From Longimicrobiales bacterium (lineage in GTDB: Bacteria > Gemmatimonadota > Gemmatimonadetes > Longimicrobiales > Gaopeijiaceae), in assembly GCA_965204735.1 (NCBI GenBank), contig OZ242008.1:2432001-2496000 (forward strand): DNA of 64,000 bases, in the 5' to 3' direction. Below are positions 1 through 8,479 of this stretch, piece by piece. The translations under genes and the position numbers were made by a program. The notes under the pieces are model-generated. The model was not told the DNA's origin, did no database searches, and worked only from the letters and a program-made list of their open reading frames with translations. Position 1 is the stretch's first letter; every line of letters begins with the position of its first letter.

Positions 1-194
1 TCGGGGCCCACGGTCTCGGTGGGGAAGGGATCGACGGCCAGCAGATCGAGCTGGTCGGCCCAGCACTTGGCCGCCAAGTCGCGGATGAGGGCCACGACGG
101 CAGCCACGGTGTTGAAGAGGCGCTTGTAGCTCTGGTCGTGGCGGCGGCGTTCCGACTTGGTGAGAGAGGGCGGTTCGCTGGTGGAAGGGTCCAT
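1..194 (-). CDS. Rpn family recombination-promoting nuclease/putative transposase (only the 5' part; runs off the window start)
   Basis: Manual translation from ATG at 194: MDPSTSEPPSLTKSERRRHDQSYKRLFNTVAAVVALIRDLAAKCWADQLDLLAVDPFPTETVGP. The HDxSYKxLF...W...LDL pattern is typical of Rpn/Transposase_31 N-termini. Confidence 0.7.
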   Translation of the reverse strand, partial: MDPSTSEPPSLTKSERRRHDQSYKRLFNTVAAVVALIRDLAAKCWADQLDLLAVDPFPTETVGP

Positions 195-441
195 TGCGGC
201 GGCTCCGTTGCGTCCGAGACGAGTGGCGCTTCGGAGGCGTCGCGGACGGAGTTCCCCCGAAGCTGGCCGGGACGGTCTCCGGCTCTGGCCCAAGGATCTC
301 ACCGTGCGTGCGCCATTTCCATGGCTGGATGGGACAGATTTTTTTTCGTCTCTCGCGGGCGGGCCCGGAGACCCCCGTGCGTCCTGTGAACAAGGCGGCT
401 GAAGCCCCTCTCGCACCTGGACCGTGGAGGCAGGGGTGGGG

Positions 442-1317
442 CTACCGGCGGGGGCCGAGCAGGCGGCGGCGCTCCTTCCCGACCCGGCCGGGAAAAGGTC
501 CGGCGGGGTGACGGTAGGCGACGATCGTGGCGTTGTCCTGGTGGGGCTTGGCCCGCGCCTTGATCGCCGCCAGCACCTCCCCGGCGACCTCGGCCATGGC
601 GCGGTCCTCGCCGCAGCGCTCCTGCACTTCCTCGTGGGAGAGGGTCTCCAGGCCGTCGGTCGCGACGACGATCCGGTCGCCGGGCTCGAGCTGGACCGGC
701 GGCGCCCCTTCGTCGATCATCTCGATGCGGCCGCCCATGACCGCCGAGTACAGCTGGTGGACCGGGGCGGTCTCGAACTCCTCCGGCGTCATCCGGCCCG
801 CGCGCACCATCTCCTCGAACTCCGGGCGAGCCGAGTGGTCTTCGTTGAGACGCGCGATCGTCCCGCCGGAACCGCCGCGCAGGTGCAGGAGCATCGAGTC
901 TCCCACGCTGACCCAGTGAGCCTTCCCGCTCTCGGTCACGGCGCACGCAACCAGCGTGCACCCCATTCCGAGGAGCTCCCGCCGGCTCCATCGGTCCTTT
1001 CCCACCGCATCGTTGGCTCCGTCCAGGGCGACTCGGAGGCGCTTCGCCAAGCCCCCTTCCCCGCCGTTCCCGCCGCGGTCCGCACCGGGGTCCCCGAAGG
1101 TCTTGAAGTAGCCTGCAACCGCTCGCCGGCTCGCTTCCGCGCCTCCGGCGTGTCCCCCCATCCCGTCTGCCACCACCACGAGGAGGGCGCATCCGTCGGT
1201 GTCGGCGGCGTCGAAGCTCGCCGCCATGTATTCGTCCTCCTGCCTCTCGCGGTCGCCGACGATCAGGCCGCCGCCGAGGAGTTCGCCGATCCTGGATTGG
1301 TCGTTTGCGTGCGGCAT
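442..1317 (-). CDS. PP2C-family Ser/Thr protein phosphatase
   Basis: Motifs RERQED, VVADGMGGHAGG, MGCT, VGDS, DHS, ATDGL, DNAT. Start taken at MPHAND (ATG 1317) within ORF 442..1539. Confidence 0.9.
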   Translation of the reverse strand: MPHANDQSRIGELLGGGLIVGDRERQEDEYMAASFDAADTDGCALLVVVADGMGGHAGGAEASRRAVAGYFKTFGDPGADRGGNGGEGGLAKRLRVALDGANDAVGKDRWSRRELLGMGCTLVACAVTESGKAHWVSVGDSMLLHLRGGSGGTIARLNEDHSARPEFEEMVRAGRMTPEEFETAPVHQLYSAVMGGRIEMIDEGAPPVQLEPGDRIVVATDGLETLSHEEVQERCGEDRAMAEVAGEVLAAIKARAKPHQDNATIVAYRHPAGPFPGRVGKERRRLLGPRR

Positions 1318-1526
1318 GACCTTTGGGCTGCCCTCCCAGGGCTTGAGCGCGGGCCGGCGACGCGGCCCGGAAGTGGACGGGACCGACGGGCGGCGCGCCA
1401 AGGCAGGCGAACGAACGCCCGAGGCCCGTCGTTCCCACCGCGGAGCGATCTGGCCAACTTTCGGAGACGAGCCTGCCGCCGGCAAGACCGGGCGGCGGCG
1501 CCGAACAACGCCGCGCGAGCTCTCCC

Positions 1527-2732
1527 ATGCGACGATCACTGGAACCGATCTACGCCGACCACGCCGCCACCACGCCTCTGCGGCCGGAGGTCCGGGACGC
1601 CATGCGGCAGTGCGCCGACGAGAGCCTCGGGAACCCGTCGAGCGGACACGGCTGGGGGCGGCGGGCCAGGCGTCGGCTGGAAGACGCCCGGGAGTCGGCG
1701 GCCGAGTCCCTGGGCACGACGCCGGGCCGGGTGTTCTTCACTCGCGGCGGCACCGAGTCCGACAACTTGGCCGTGCTGGGGCGGGCTAGGCGCGCCCGGG
1801 CCGAGGGCGTCGCTTCTCCGCTGGTCGTCACGTCCTCGGTGGAGCACCCGGCGGTGTTCGAGGCGGCCCGTCAGGTGGTCGCGGAGGGAGGAAGGCACGT
1901 GGTGGTGGAGGTGGACGCGGGCGGGGAGCTCGACTGGGACGGCCTGCGCCGGGCGCTGGCGGAAGGGCCGGCGGTGGTCTCGTGCATGTGGGTGAACAAC
2001 GAGACCGGGATGGCGCTGCCGGCGGCTCGGGCGGCGGCCGAGTGCCGAGCCCAGGGCGTGCCGTTCCACAGCGACGCGGTGCAGGCGGTGGGCAAGGTTG
2101 CCGTGTCGGTCGCCGAGGAGGCGGCGGGCGCGCCGTCGGCGGCCGCGCCGGACCTCCTCACCGTGACGGGCCACAAGATCCAAGGGCCCATGGGGGTGGG
2201 CGTGCTCGTCGCCAAGGACCCGGCGGCGCTCGCCCCGCTCCACGTGGGCGGCGGACAGGAAGGCGGGTTGCGGCCCGGAACCGAGGACGTGGTCGGGGCG
2301 GCGGGGCTGGCCGTGGCCCTGCGGCTGGCGGTGGCGGAGAGGCCGGCGGAGGCCGAGCGCCTGGGGGCGCTGCGGGACGAGGTGGAGGCGCGGCTTCTCG
2401 GCGGGGCGGAGGAGGAGGGGGTTCCGGCGCTGGAGGTCGCCTGCGCCGACGCTCCTCGGGCGCCGCACATCTCCGCGCTGCGGGTGCCCGGCGCCGATTC
2501 CGACACCCTCCTGGCGGCGCTGGACTCGGCGGGCGTCGCGGCGTCGGGGGGGTCGGCGTGCGCCAGCGGGGCGTCGGGGCCCAGCCGCGCGCTGGCGGCT
2601 CTCTACCCGGGCGACGAGGCGGCGTCCCTGCGCCTCAGCTTCGGCCGCTTGACGCGGCGCCGCCACGTGGGCCGCTTGGTGGAGGCGGTGGCGGAGGCCG
2701 TCGGGCGGGCCCGGGCGCTGGCCGAGCCGTGA
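1527..2732 (+). CDS. iscS: Cysteine desulfurase (IscS/NifS family)
   Basis: YADHAATTP, GNPSS, GGTESDN, VNNETG, HSDAVQ, GHKIQGP (PLP Lys), SGGSAC; lies directly upstream of mnmA. Confidence 0.9.
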   Translation: MRRSLEPIYADHAATTPLRPEVRDAMRQCADESLGNPSSGHGWGRRARRRLEDARESAAESLGTTPGRVFFTRGGTESDNLAVLGRARRARAEGVASPLVVTSSVEHPAVFEAARQVVAEGGRHVVVEVDAGGELDWDGLRRALAEGPAVVSCMWVNNETGMALPAARAAAECRAQGVPFHSDAVQAVGKVAVSVAEEAAGAPSAAAPDLLTVTGHKIQGPMGVGVLVAKDPAALAPLHVGGGQEGGLRPGTEDVVGAAGLAVALRLAVAERPAEAERLGALRDEVEARLLGGAEEEGVPALEVACADAPRAPHISALRVPGADSDTLLAALDSAGVAASGGSACASGASGPSRALAALYPGDEAASLRLSFGRLTRRRHVGRLVEAVAEAVGRARALAEP

Positions 2733-3979
2733 GCGTCGCGGGCGGGGGGACGGTCGGCGCAGACCGCGCGGCAAGGGGCGTCGGGGGACGGCGGCAGCGC
2801 ATTCTGGTCGCCATGTCGGGGGGAGTGGACTCGTCCGTGGCCGCGGCGGAGCTGGTGGAGGCCGGCCACGAGGTGGTCGGGGCCACCATGAAGACCTTCT
2901 GCTACAGCGGAACCCCCGAAGCGACCAAGACGTGCTGCGGCTTGGACGGGATACGGGACGCGCGACGGGTGGCCGACCAGCTGGGCGTCTCGCACTACGT
3001 CTTCGACGTGGAGGACGAGTTCACCCGAGACGTGATCGACGACTTCGTGGACGAGTACTCTCGGGGGCGAACGCCCAACCCCTGCGTCCGCTGCAACTCC
3101 AACACCAAGTTCCGCGACCTCTTCAGGCGCGGCCGAGCCCTGGGCTGCGACGGCGTGGCCTCGGGCCACTACGTCCGCCTGGACCGTTCGGGTGGAGAGC
3201 CCCGGCTGCTTCGCGGCCGCGACTCGGCCAAGGACCAGTCCTACTTCCTTTGGGGCCTGCCCGCCGAGCTGCTGGACAGGCTCCACTTCCCCGTCGGCGA
3301 TCTGGAGAAGGCCGCCGTCCGGGAGCGCGCCCGGGCGCTGGGACTGGCCACCGCCGACAAGCCCGAGTCCCAGGAGATCTGCTTCGTCCCGACCGGGGAC
3401 TACCGGGACCTGCTGCAGAAGCGGCTCCTGCCGACCCACCCCGCCCTCTCTCCCGGCCCGATGGTGGACTGGACCGGTCGCGTCGTGGGCCGCCACGACG
3501 GCTACTCGAGCTTCACCGTGGGACAGCGCAAGGGGATCGGCGGCGGAAGGCCCGAGCCTTGGTTCGTGCTGGAGATCCGGCCCGCCACGCGCGAGGTGGT
3601 GGTCGGTCCTCGGGCACTCCTCGACGTGCGCGCAATCGTGGTGCGGGAGCTGAACTGGCTGACGGCGCCCCCGTCCCCAGGGGCGCGGATTCGCGTTCAG
3701 GTGCGCTACCGGGCGCCCGCCCTGGCCTGCCGCGTGGAGTCGATGGGAGAAGGCGGCTTGGCGCTCGTGCTGGAGGAGCCGGCCCCGGCTGCGGCGCCGG
3801 GCCAGTCGAGCGTGCTCTTCGACGGAGACCGGGTGCTCGGCGGGGGGCGGATCGCCCACGCGGCCGTCGCGGCGTTGGCTCCCGACCCGGGGAGCGAGGC
3901 GGCCCCGGACGGCGTCGCAGCCGACCACGGGGAGGCCGTCGCTACCACTCCATCCCCGCCGAAGCGGCGAACTGCTTGA
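2729..3979 (+). CDS. mnmA: tRNA-specific 2-thiouridylase MnmA
   Basis: AMSGGVDSSV, TPNPCVRCN, GHY, KDQSYFL, ESQEICF, TVGQRKG, APGQS; GTG start overlaps the iscS stop. Confidence 0.95.
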   Translation: MSVAGGGTVGADRAARGVGGRRQRILVAMSGGVDSSVAAAELVEAGHEVVGATMKTFCYSGTPEATKTCCGLDGIRDARRVADQLGVSHYVFDVEDEFTRDVIDDFVDEYSRGRTPNPCVRCNSNTKFRDLFRRGRALGCDGVASGHYVRLDRSGGEPRLLRGRDSAKDQSYFLWGLPAELLDRLHFPVGDLEKAAVRERARALGLATADKPESQEICFVPTGDYRDLLQKRLLPTHPALSPGPMVDWTGRVVGRHDGYSSFTVGQRKGIGGGRPEPWFVLEIRPATREVVVGPRALLDVRAIVVRELNWLTAPPSPGARIRVQVRYRAPALACRVESMGEGGLALVLEEPAPAAAPGQSSVLFDGDRVLGGGRIAHAAVAALAPDPGSEAAPDGVAADHGEAVATTPSPPKRRTA

Positions 3980-5060
3980 TCCGGTCCTCCTGATCGACCG
4001 TCAGGGCATCGGGCACCTTCACCACGACTTCGACGAACTGGTCTCCGGTGCGTCCCTTCCCCCTGACGCCCTGTCCTCGGATGCGGAAGCGGGTCCCCGA
4101 CTGCGTGCCCGGCGGCACGCGCAGAACGACGCGCCTCCCCGAGATCGTGTCCACCGATATCTTCGACCCCAGGATCGCCTGGGCCATGTTCACGCGCTTC
4201 TTGACGTGCACGTCCAGGCCCTCGCGGCGAAAGAGCTTGTGGGGCTCGACCTTGAAGGTGATGACCAGGTCCCCCGGCGCGCCCCCCTTCTCGCCCCTTT
4301 CCCCCTGGCCCGTCAGGCGCACCTTCGAGCCGGTCTCCACGCCCGGCGGCACGGCGACCTGAATCTTGCGGTTCTGGTGAACCTCTCCAGCGCCCGTGCA
4401 CGCCTCGCACGGACGCGCGGCCTTCCGCCCCCGCCCCACGCAGGCGGGACAGGGGCGCTTGACGGCGAAGCCGCCCTGGCCGAAGGACACGCTGCCGGAG
4501 CCGCCGCACTCGTCGCAGCGCTTCCACTCGGTTCCCGGCGCGCCCCCCGTCCCTCTGCACGCCGCGCAGTCCTCGGTGATCGGCACCGAGAGGGACACCT
4601 TTCCGCCGGTGGCCGCCGTGAGGAAGTCCACTTCGACGCTGTACTCGACCCTGCGGCCCTTCTGGGGGCCCTTGGGCTTGGACGGCTGCCCCTTCTTCCC
4701 CCGGTCGAAGATCGAGGAGAAGATGTCGGAGAAGCCGCCCAATCCTCCCAGGTCCTCGAAGGAGAAGCCGCCGGCGGGAGTCGACGGCGCGGCGCCGCTC
4801 CGGGGCGCGCCCCGCACGCCGCCGAAGCCGAAGGTGCCCAGCTTCCGCATCTGGTCGTACTTCTTCCGCTTGGCCGGGTCGGAGAGAACCGCGTTCGCCT
4901 CGCCCACCTCCTTGAAGCGGTCCGCCGCCTTCGGACTGTTCCGGTTGGCGTCCGGGTGGTAGCGCTTCGCCAGCCGGCGGTACGCCTTCTTGATCTCGTC
5001 GGGGCCCGCCTTCTCGTCGACCCCGAGGATGGCGTAGTAGTCCTTGTCCGTTCTCGTCAT
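3942..5060 (-). CDS. dnaJ: Molecular chaperone DnaJ
   Basis: J domain with HPD, G/F-rich region, four CxxCxGxG repeats, C-terminal domain. Confidence 0.95.
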   Translation of the reverse strand: MTRTDKDYYAILGVDEKAGPDEIKKAYRRLAKRYHPDANRNSPKAADRFKEVGEANAVLSDPAKRKKYDQMRKLGTFGFGGVRGAPRSGAAPSTPAGGFSFEDLGGLGGFSDIFSSIFDRGKKGQPSKPKGPQKGRRVEYSVEVDFLTAATGGKVSLSVPITEDCAACRGTGGAPGTEWKRCDECGGSGSVSFGQGGFAVKRPCPACVGRGRKAARPCEACTGAGEVHQNRKIQVAVPPGVETGSKVRLTGQGERGEKGGAPGDLVITFKVEPHKLFRREGLDVHVKKRVNMAQAILGSKISVDTISGRRVVLRVPPGTQSGTRFRIRGQGVRGKGRTGDQFVEVVVKVPDALTVDQEDRIKQFAASAGMEW

Positions 5061-5076
5061 CGTCCGCCCCGGTCCG

Positions 5077-6036
5077 CTAGCCCGCCTTGTAGACGCTGAC
5101 CCGAGCCGGGCGCAGGAGCTGCCCCTTGAGGACGTAGCCCTTCTGGAAGACGCGCTCCACCACGTCGTCGTCTTCTTCGGAGTCGGCCGGCGCCCGCATC
5201 ATCGCTTCCATGACGTTGGGGTCGAAGGGCTCGCCCTGCGGGTCCACCACCTCGACGCCGACCTCTTCCAGGATTCGGAAGAACTTGCGTTCCACGAGCG
5301 CTGCGCCTTCGAGGACGGCATCGGCGGCGGCGCTGGTCTCCGGCCCCAGTTCCGAAATGCGGAGCAGGTCGTCCATCGGATCGAGAAGACGGGACACGAG
5401 GTCGGCCTGGGCCCTCTCCCACCGCGTCCGCATCCGCTCGTCCGACCGCTTCCGGTAGTTGTCGAAGTCGGCGGCCAAGCGAAGGTGGCGGTCGCGCCAC
5501 TGGTCCCGCTCCGCTCGGAGACGCGCCGCCTCGTCCGGCTCGCTGGGGTCGTGGGGGTCGGAGTCGTGGATGTGGGGGTCGGGGGCGTGGCGGTCGGGGG
5601 CGTGGATGTGGGGGTCGGAGTCGGGGGCGTGGGGGTCGGGGTCGGGGGTGTGGACCCCGGAATCGTGGGCGTGGATCTCGGCGGCGTCTGTTTCGGGCTC
5701 GGTGGCGGCGTGGGCGTGGATGTCGGGGCGGGCCGCGTCGTCGGGGGCAGCTGCGTCGGGGGCGGCAGCGTCGGCACAGGCAGCTGCGTCGGCGGGGGCG
5801 GCCGCGTCGGCACAGGCAGCTGCGTCGGCGGGGGCGGCCGCGTCGGCACAGGCAGCCGCGTCGTCGGAGGCGGAAGCGGCGGCGGGCCGGGCCTCGTCGG
5901 GGGCGGCAGCGCCGTCGGCTGCGGCTGCGTCTGCGTCGGCGGCCGGAGACGCCTCCGCTTCCCCGGCGGGAGCCGCACCCGGGTCGAAGAGGAGGCCGTC
6001 CGTGGTCGCATCTCGGGTCGTCTTCTTGCGTGCCAT
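5077..6036 (-). CDS. grpE: Nucleotide exchange factor GrpE with a long repetitive N-terminal extension
   Basis: C-terminal half has RLAADFDNYRKR, GEPFDPNVMEAM, VFQKGYVLKGQLLRPARVSV; directly upstream of dnaJ. Confidence 0.92.
   Translation of the reverse strand: MARKKTTRDATTDGLLFDPGAAPAGEAEASPAADADAAAADGAAAPDEARPAAASASDDAAACADAAAPADAAACADAAAPADAAACADAAAPDAAAPDDAARPDIHAHAATEPETDAAEIHAHDSGVHTPDPDPHAPDSDPHIHAPDRHAPDPHIHDSDPHDPSEPDEAARLRAERDQWRDRHLRLAADFDNYRKRSDERMRTRWERAQADLVSRLLDPMDDLLRISELGPETSAAADAVLEGAALVERKFFRILEEVGVEVVDPQGEPFDPNVMEAMMRAPADSEEDDDVVERVFQKGYVLKGQLLRPARVSVYKAG
5768..5856. repeat. 36-bp tandem repeat (~2.5 copies) inside grpE
   Basis: gcgtcggcacaggcagctgcgtcggcgggggcggcc at 5768 and 5804, partial copy at 5840; encodes a 12-aa Ala/Asp/Pro/Cys unit. 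Confidence 0.9.
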
Positions 6037-6087
6037 GTGCTGTTGGTCCCCGTCAGTCCTTTCGCGTGTCCCTGGGCGTCGGGCAGG

Positions 6088-6603
6088 TCACCTGACCCGC
6101 CAGGCGATGGCCTCGGCGGCCAGTCGCAGCGCCGCGGCGGCGCTCTTGTCGCGGATGATCTTGCGTCCGCCCTCGAAGTGCTCCAGGCGCGCCTCGCCCG
6201 TTCCGTCGGACTGGGCCACGGCGATCCACACCGTGCCGACGGGCTTTCCGGGACGCCCTCCGTCCGGCCCCGCGATCCCGGTGACGGAGAGGGCCAGGTC
6301 GGCGGAGAAGCGCCTGCAAGCCCCGAACGCCATCTGGAGAGCCACGATCTTGGAGACTGCCCCGTGCTCTTCGATGTCCTTCGGGTTCACGTCGAGCTGG
6401 CGAACCTTGGCCTCGTTGCCGTAGACGACCATCCCGCCGAGAAAGTGGGTGGAAGCGCCGGGCACGTCGGTGATCATCTTGGCGACCAAGCCGCCGGTGC
6501 AGCTCTCGGCCGTGGCCAGGCGCAGGCCCAGCGTTGCCGCCGATATGGCGAGATGCTCCACCAGGGCCTGGGCAGATCGGTAGCGGACGACTCCCCGGTC
6601 CAC
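6088..6603 (-). CDS. CinA/PncC family nicotinamide-mononucleotide deamidase
   Basis: ATAESCTGG, PGAS, HGAVS, SVTGIAGPDGG, KPVGTVW; start (GTG 6603) uncertain. Confidence 0.88.
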   Translation of the reverse strand: MDRGVVRYRSAQALVEHLAISAATLGLRLATAESCTGGLVAKMITDVPGASTHFLGGMVVYGNEAKVRQLDVNPKDIEEHGAVSKIVALQMAFGACRRFSADLALSVTGIAGPDGGRPGKPVGTVWIAVAQSDGTGEARLEHFEGGRKIIRDKSAAAALRLAAEAIAWRVR

Positions 6604-6605
6604 GG

Positions 6606-7235
6606 CTACGCCCGCCCCTGCACGAGGGCGCGGTAGCTCCAGAGGTAGTCCACCATGGAGTATACGGTCATGACCAGCGCGAACGTCAGCGTGACGGCGA
6701 TCCAGCCGGCGTGGAACGTCCGCCACGACGACCAGAGCCCGCCGGACCAGCCCGCGTCGGCCCCGGTGCGGGCCAGGGGGTACCAGAGAAGGAGCCCGCC
6801 GACGAACAAGTTCTGGATCAGAGTCTTGCGCTTCCCCGACTTGCCGGCCGAGATCACGACGCCGCGCCTGGATGCCCAGCTGCGGAAGAGGGTGATCAGC
6901 ACTTCGCGTCCGAACACCACCAAGAGCACCCAGAGGGGCAGCGCTCCCCAGACGGGCACCTGGTCCACCTCCCCGGGCCGCTGGGCGACCATGTAGAGGG
7001 GAATGAAGGTGCACGCCAGCAGCAGCTTGTCGGCCATCGGGTCGAGCAGCTTGCCCACGTCGGTGACCAGCCCGTGCTTGCGGGCCAGGTAGCCGTCCCA
7101 CAAGTCCGACACCGCGGCCGCGACGAAGACCGCGAAGGCGGCGTAGCGGGCGCCGACCGACGACGAGAGGGCCAGCGCGAAGATCACCGGACACGCGGCG
7201 ATCCGGGCCACGGTGATCGCGTTGGGGAGGTTCAA
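6606..7235 (-). CDS. pgsA: CDP-diacylglycerol--glycerol-3-phosphate 3-phosphatidyltransferase
   Basis: NLPNAITVAR and the CDP-alcohol phosphotransferase motif DLWDGYLARK...GKLLDPMADK; TTG start at 7235. Confidence 0.88.
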   Translation of the reverse strand: MNLPNAITVARIAACPVIFALALSSSVGARYAAFAVFVAAAVSDLWDGYLARKHGLVTDVGKLLDPMADKLLLACTFIPLYMVAQRPGEVDQVPVWGALPLWVLLVVFGREVLITLFRSWASRRGVVISAGKSGKRKTLIQNLFVGGLLLWYPLARTGADAGWSGGLWSSWRTFHAGWIAVTLTFALVMTVYSMVDYLWSYRALVQGRA

Positions 7236-7531
7236 GCGTCGTCTTCCCTGCGCCGCAGCTCCGCCTCCATGCGGGTCAGGACGGCGTTCGCCTGTCCCCG
7301 AAGGATCGGCCGGGGCTCCCACGCGGCGAAATCCCGAAGCAGGGTGACAGCGTCGATGCTGGCGGGCTCGCCGGTCAGGTGGCGGATCGCGGCCAAGCGG
7401 CGGAACGCGTTGGGGCTGAAGAGGTCGCGGCGGTGCCGCTCGACCTGGTCGCGAAGAACGAGGGCCGCCACCGCGCCGGCGGCGCCGACGCCCAGCAGGA
7501 AGAGCGCCGTCCGCCTCCACCTGCCGCTCAC
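7232..7531 (-). CDS. Small hypothetical protein with an N-terminal hydrophobic segment
   Basis: GTG overlaps the recR stop and the stop overlaps the pgsA start; sequence VSGRWRRTALFLLGVGAAGAVAALVLRDQ... Confidence 0.7.
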   Translation of the reverse strand: MSGRWRRTALFLLGVGAAGAVAALVLRDQVERHRRDLFSPNAFRRLAAIRHLTGEPASIDAVTLLRDFAAWEPRPILRGQANAVLTRMEAELRRREDDA

Positions 7532-8127
7532 GGTCCCCTCATCTCCTGCCGTCCCGCCAGCGCCTCGCCGATCGTGGTCCCGTCCACGTACTCCAGGTCG
7601 CTCCCCATGGGGATTCCTCGGGCCAAGCGGGTGACCCGCAGCGGGAAGGGACGCAGGAGGTTCTCCACGTAGACCGCGGTGGCTTCGCCCTCCACGCTCG
7701 CGTTGGTGGCGAGGATCACTTCCTCGGCCTCCTCCGAACCGCCCACCCTGCTCACCAGCCCGTCGATGTTGAGCTTCTCGGGACCCACGCCGTCGAGGGG
7801 CGACAGCCGGCCGCCCAGGACGTGGAAGACGCCTCGGTACATGCCGCTGCGATCGATGGCGCCCGCGTCGTAGGCCTCCTCGACCACGCAGATCACCTTG
7901 GAGTTCCGGGCGGGGTCCCGGCACACGCCGCAGGTTTCGTCGTCGCTGTAGCTTCCGCACACCCGGCAGGGCCTGACGCGGTCGGCCACTTCGGCGAGCG
8001 CGGAGGCCAGTCGACGCACGTCCGCCTTCGGCCCCTTGAGAAGATGGTACACCATTCGGGCCGAAGTCTTGGTCCCGATCCCCGGAAGCCGGCCGAACTC
8101 CTGGGCAAGGCTGTCGATCGACGACAC
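7528..8127 (-). CDS. recR: Recombination mediator RecR
   Basis: LPGIGTKTSAR HhH motif, C4 zinc finger, TOPRIM EVILATN..EGEATA, RLARGIPMGSDLEYVD. Confidence 0.97.
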   Translation of the reverse strand: MSSIDSLAQEFGRLPGIGTKTSARMVYHLLKGPKADVRRLASALAEVADRVRPCRVCGSYSDDETCGVCRDPARNSKVICVVEEAYDAGAIDRSGMYRGVFHVLGGRLSPLDGVGPEKLNIDGLVSRVGGSEEAEEVILATNASVEGEATAVYVENLLRPFPLRVTRLARGIPMGSDLEYVDGTTIGEALAGRQEMRGP

Positions 8128-8143
8128 GGCCGGCGCGTTCGGC

Positions 8144-8452
8144 CTAGAAGAGGTCGGAGAGCTGGCCGGGCAGCCCGCCCGCCGTGCGTCTGATCTGCTC
8201 TTCCGAGAACTTGCGGGCGCCGTTCTGGGCGGCGGCCACGGCGGCGACGATGAGGTCCTCGAGCATCTCCGGATCGGAGCGGTCGATGACGGCGGGGTCG
8301 ATCTCGAGGCTCTTGAGGTCGCCCTTGCCGGACACCCGGGCGGTCACCATCCCGCCCCCGGAAGACGCCTCCAGAACCTGGGCGTCCAGCCCGTCCTGGA
8401 ACTCCTGCATCCTTGCCTGCACGTGCTTCATGACCTGCTGGATGTTCGTCAT
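8144..8452 (-). CDS. ybaB: YbaB/EbfC nucleoid-associated protein
   Basis: SSGGGMVT, IDP, DPEMLEDLIVAAV; dnaX-ybaB-recR gene order. Confidence 0.93.
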   Translation of the reverse strand: MTNIQQVMKHVQARMQEFQDGLDAQVLEASSGGGMVTARVSGKGDLKSLEIDPAVIDRSDPEMLEDLIVAAVAAAQNGARKFSEEQIRRTAGGLPGQLSDLF

Positions 8453-8479
8453 TGCCCTTCTCGCTTGTTGGCTGGAACG

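Noticed and set aside
442..1317. PP2C phosphatase as partner of the defence kinase
   Set aside because: More than 40 kb apart with no contextual link.
1527..2732. IscS acting as the DndA sulfur donor for a phosphorothioation system linked to the DndFGH-like trio
   Set aside because: It is translationally coupled to mnmA (tRNA thiolation), lies over 30 kb away, and no dndBCDE or ssp genes are visible.
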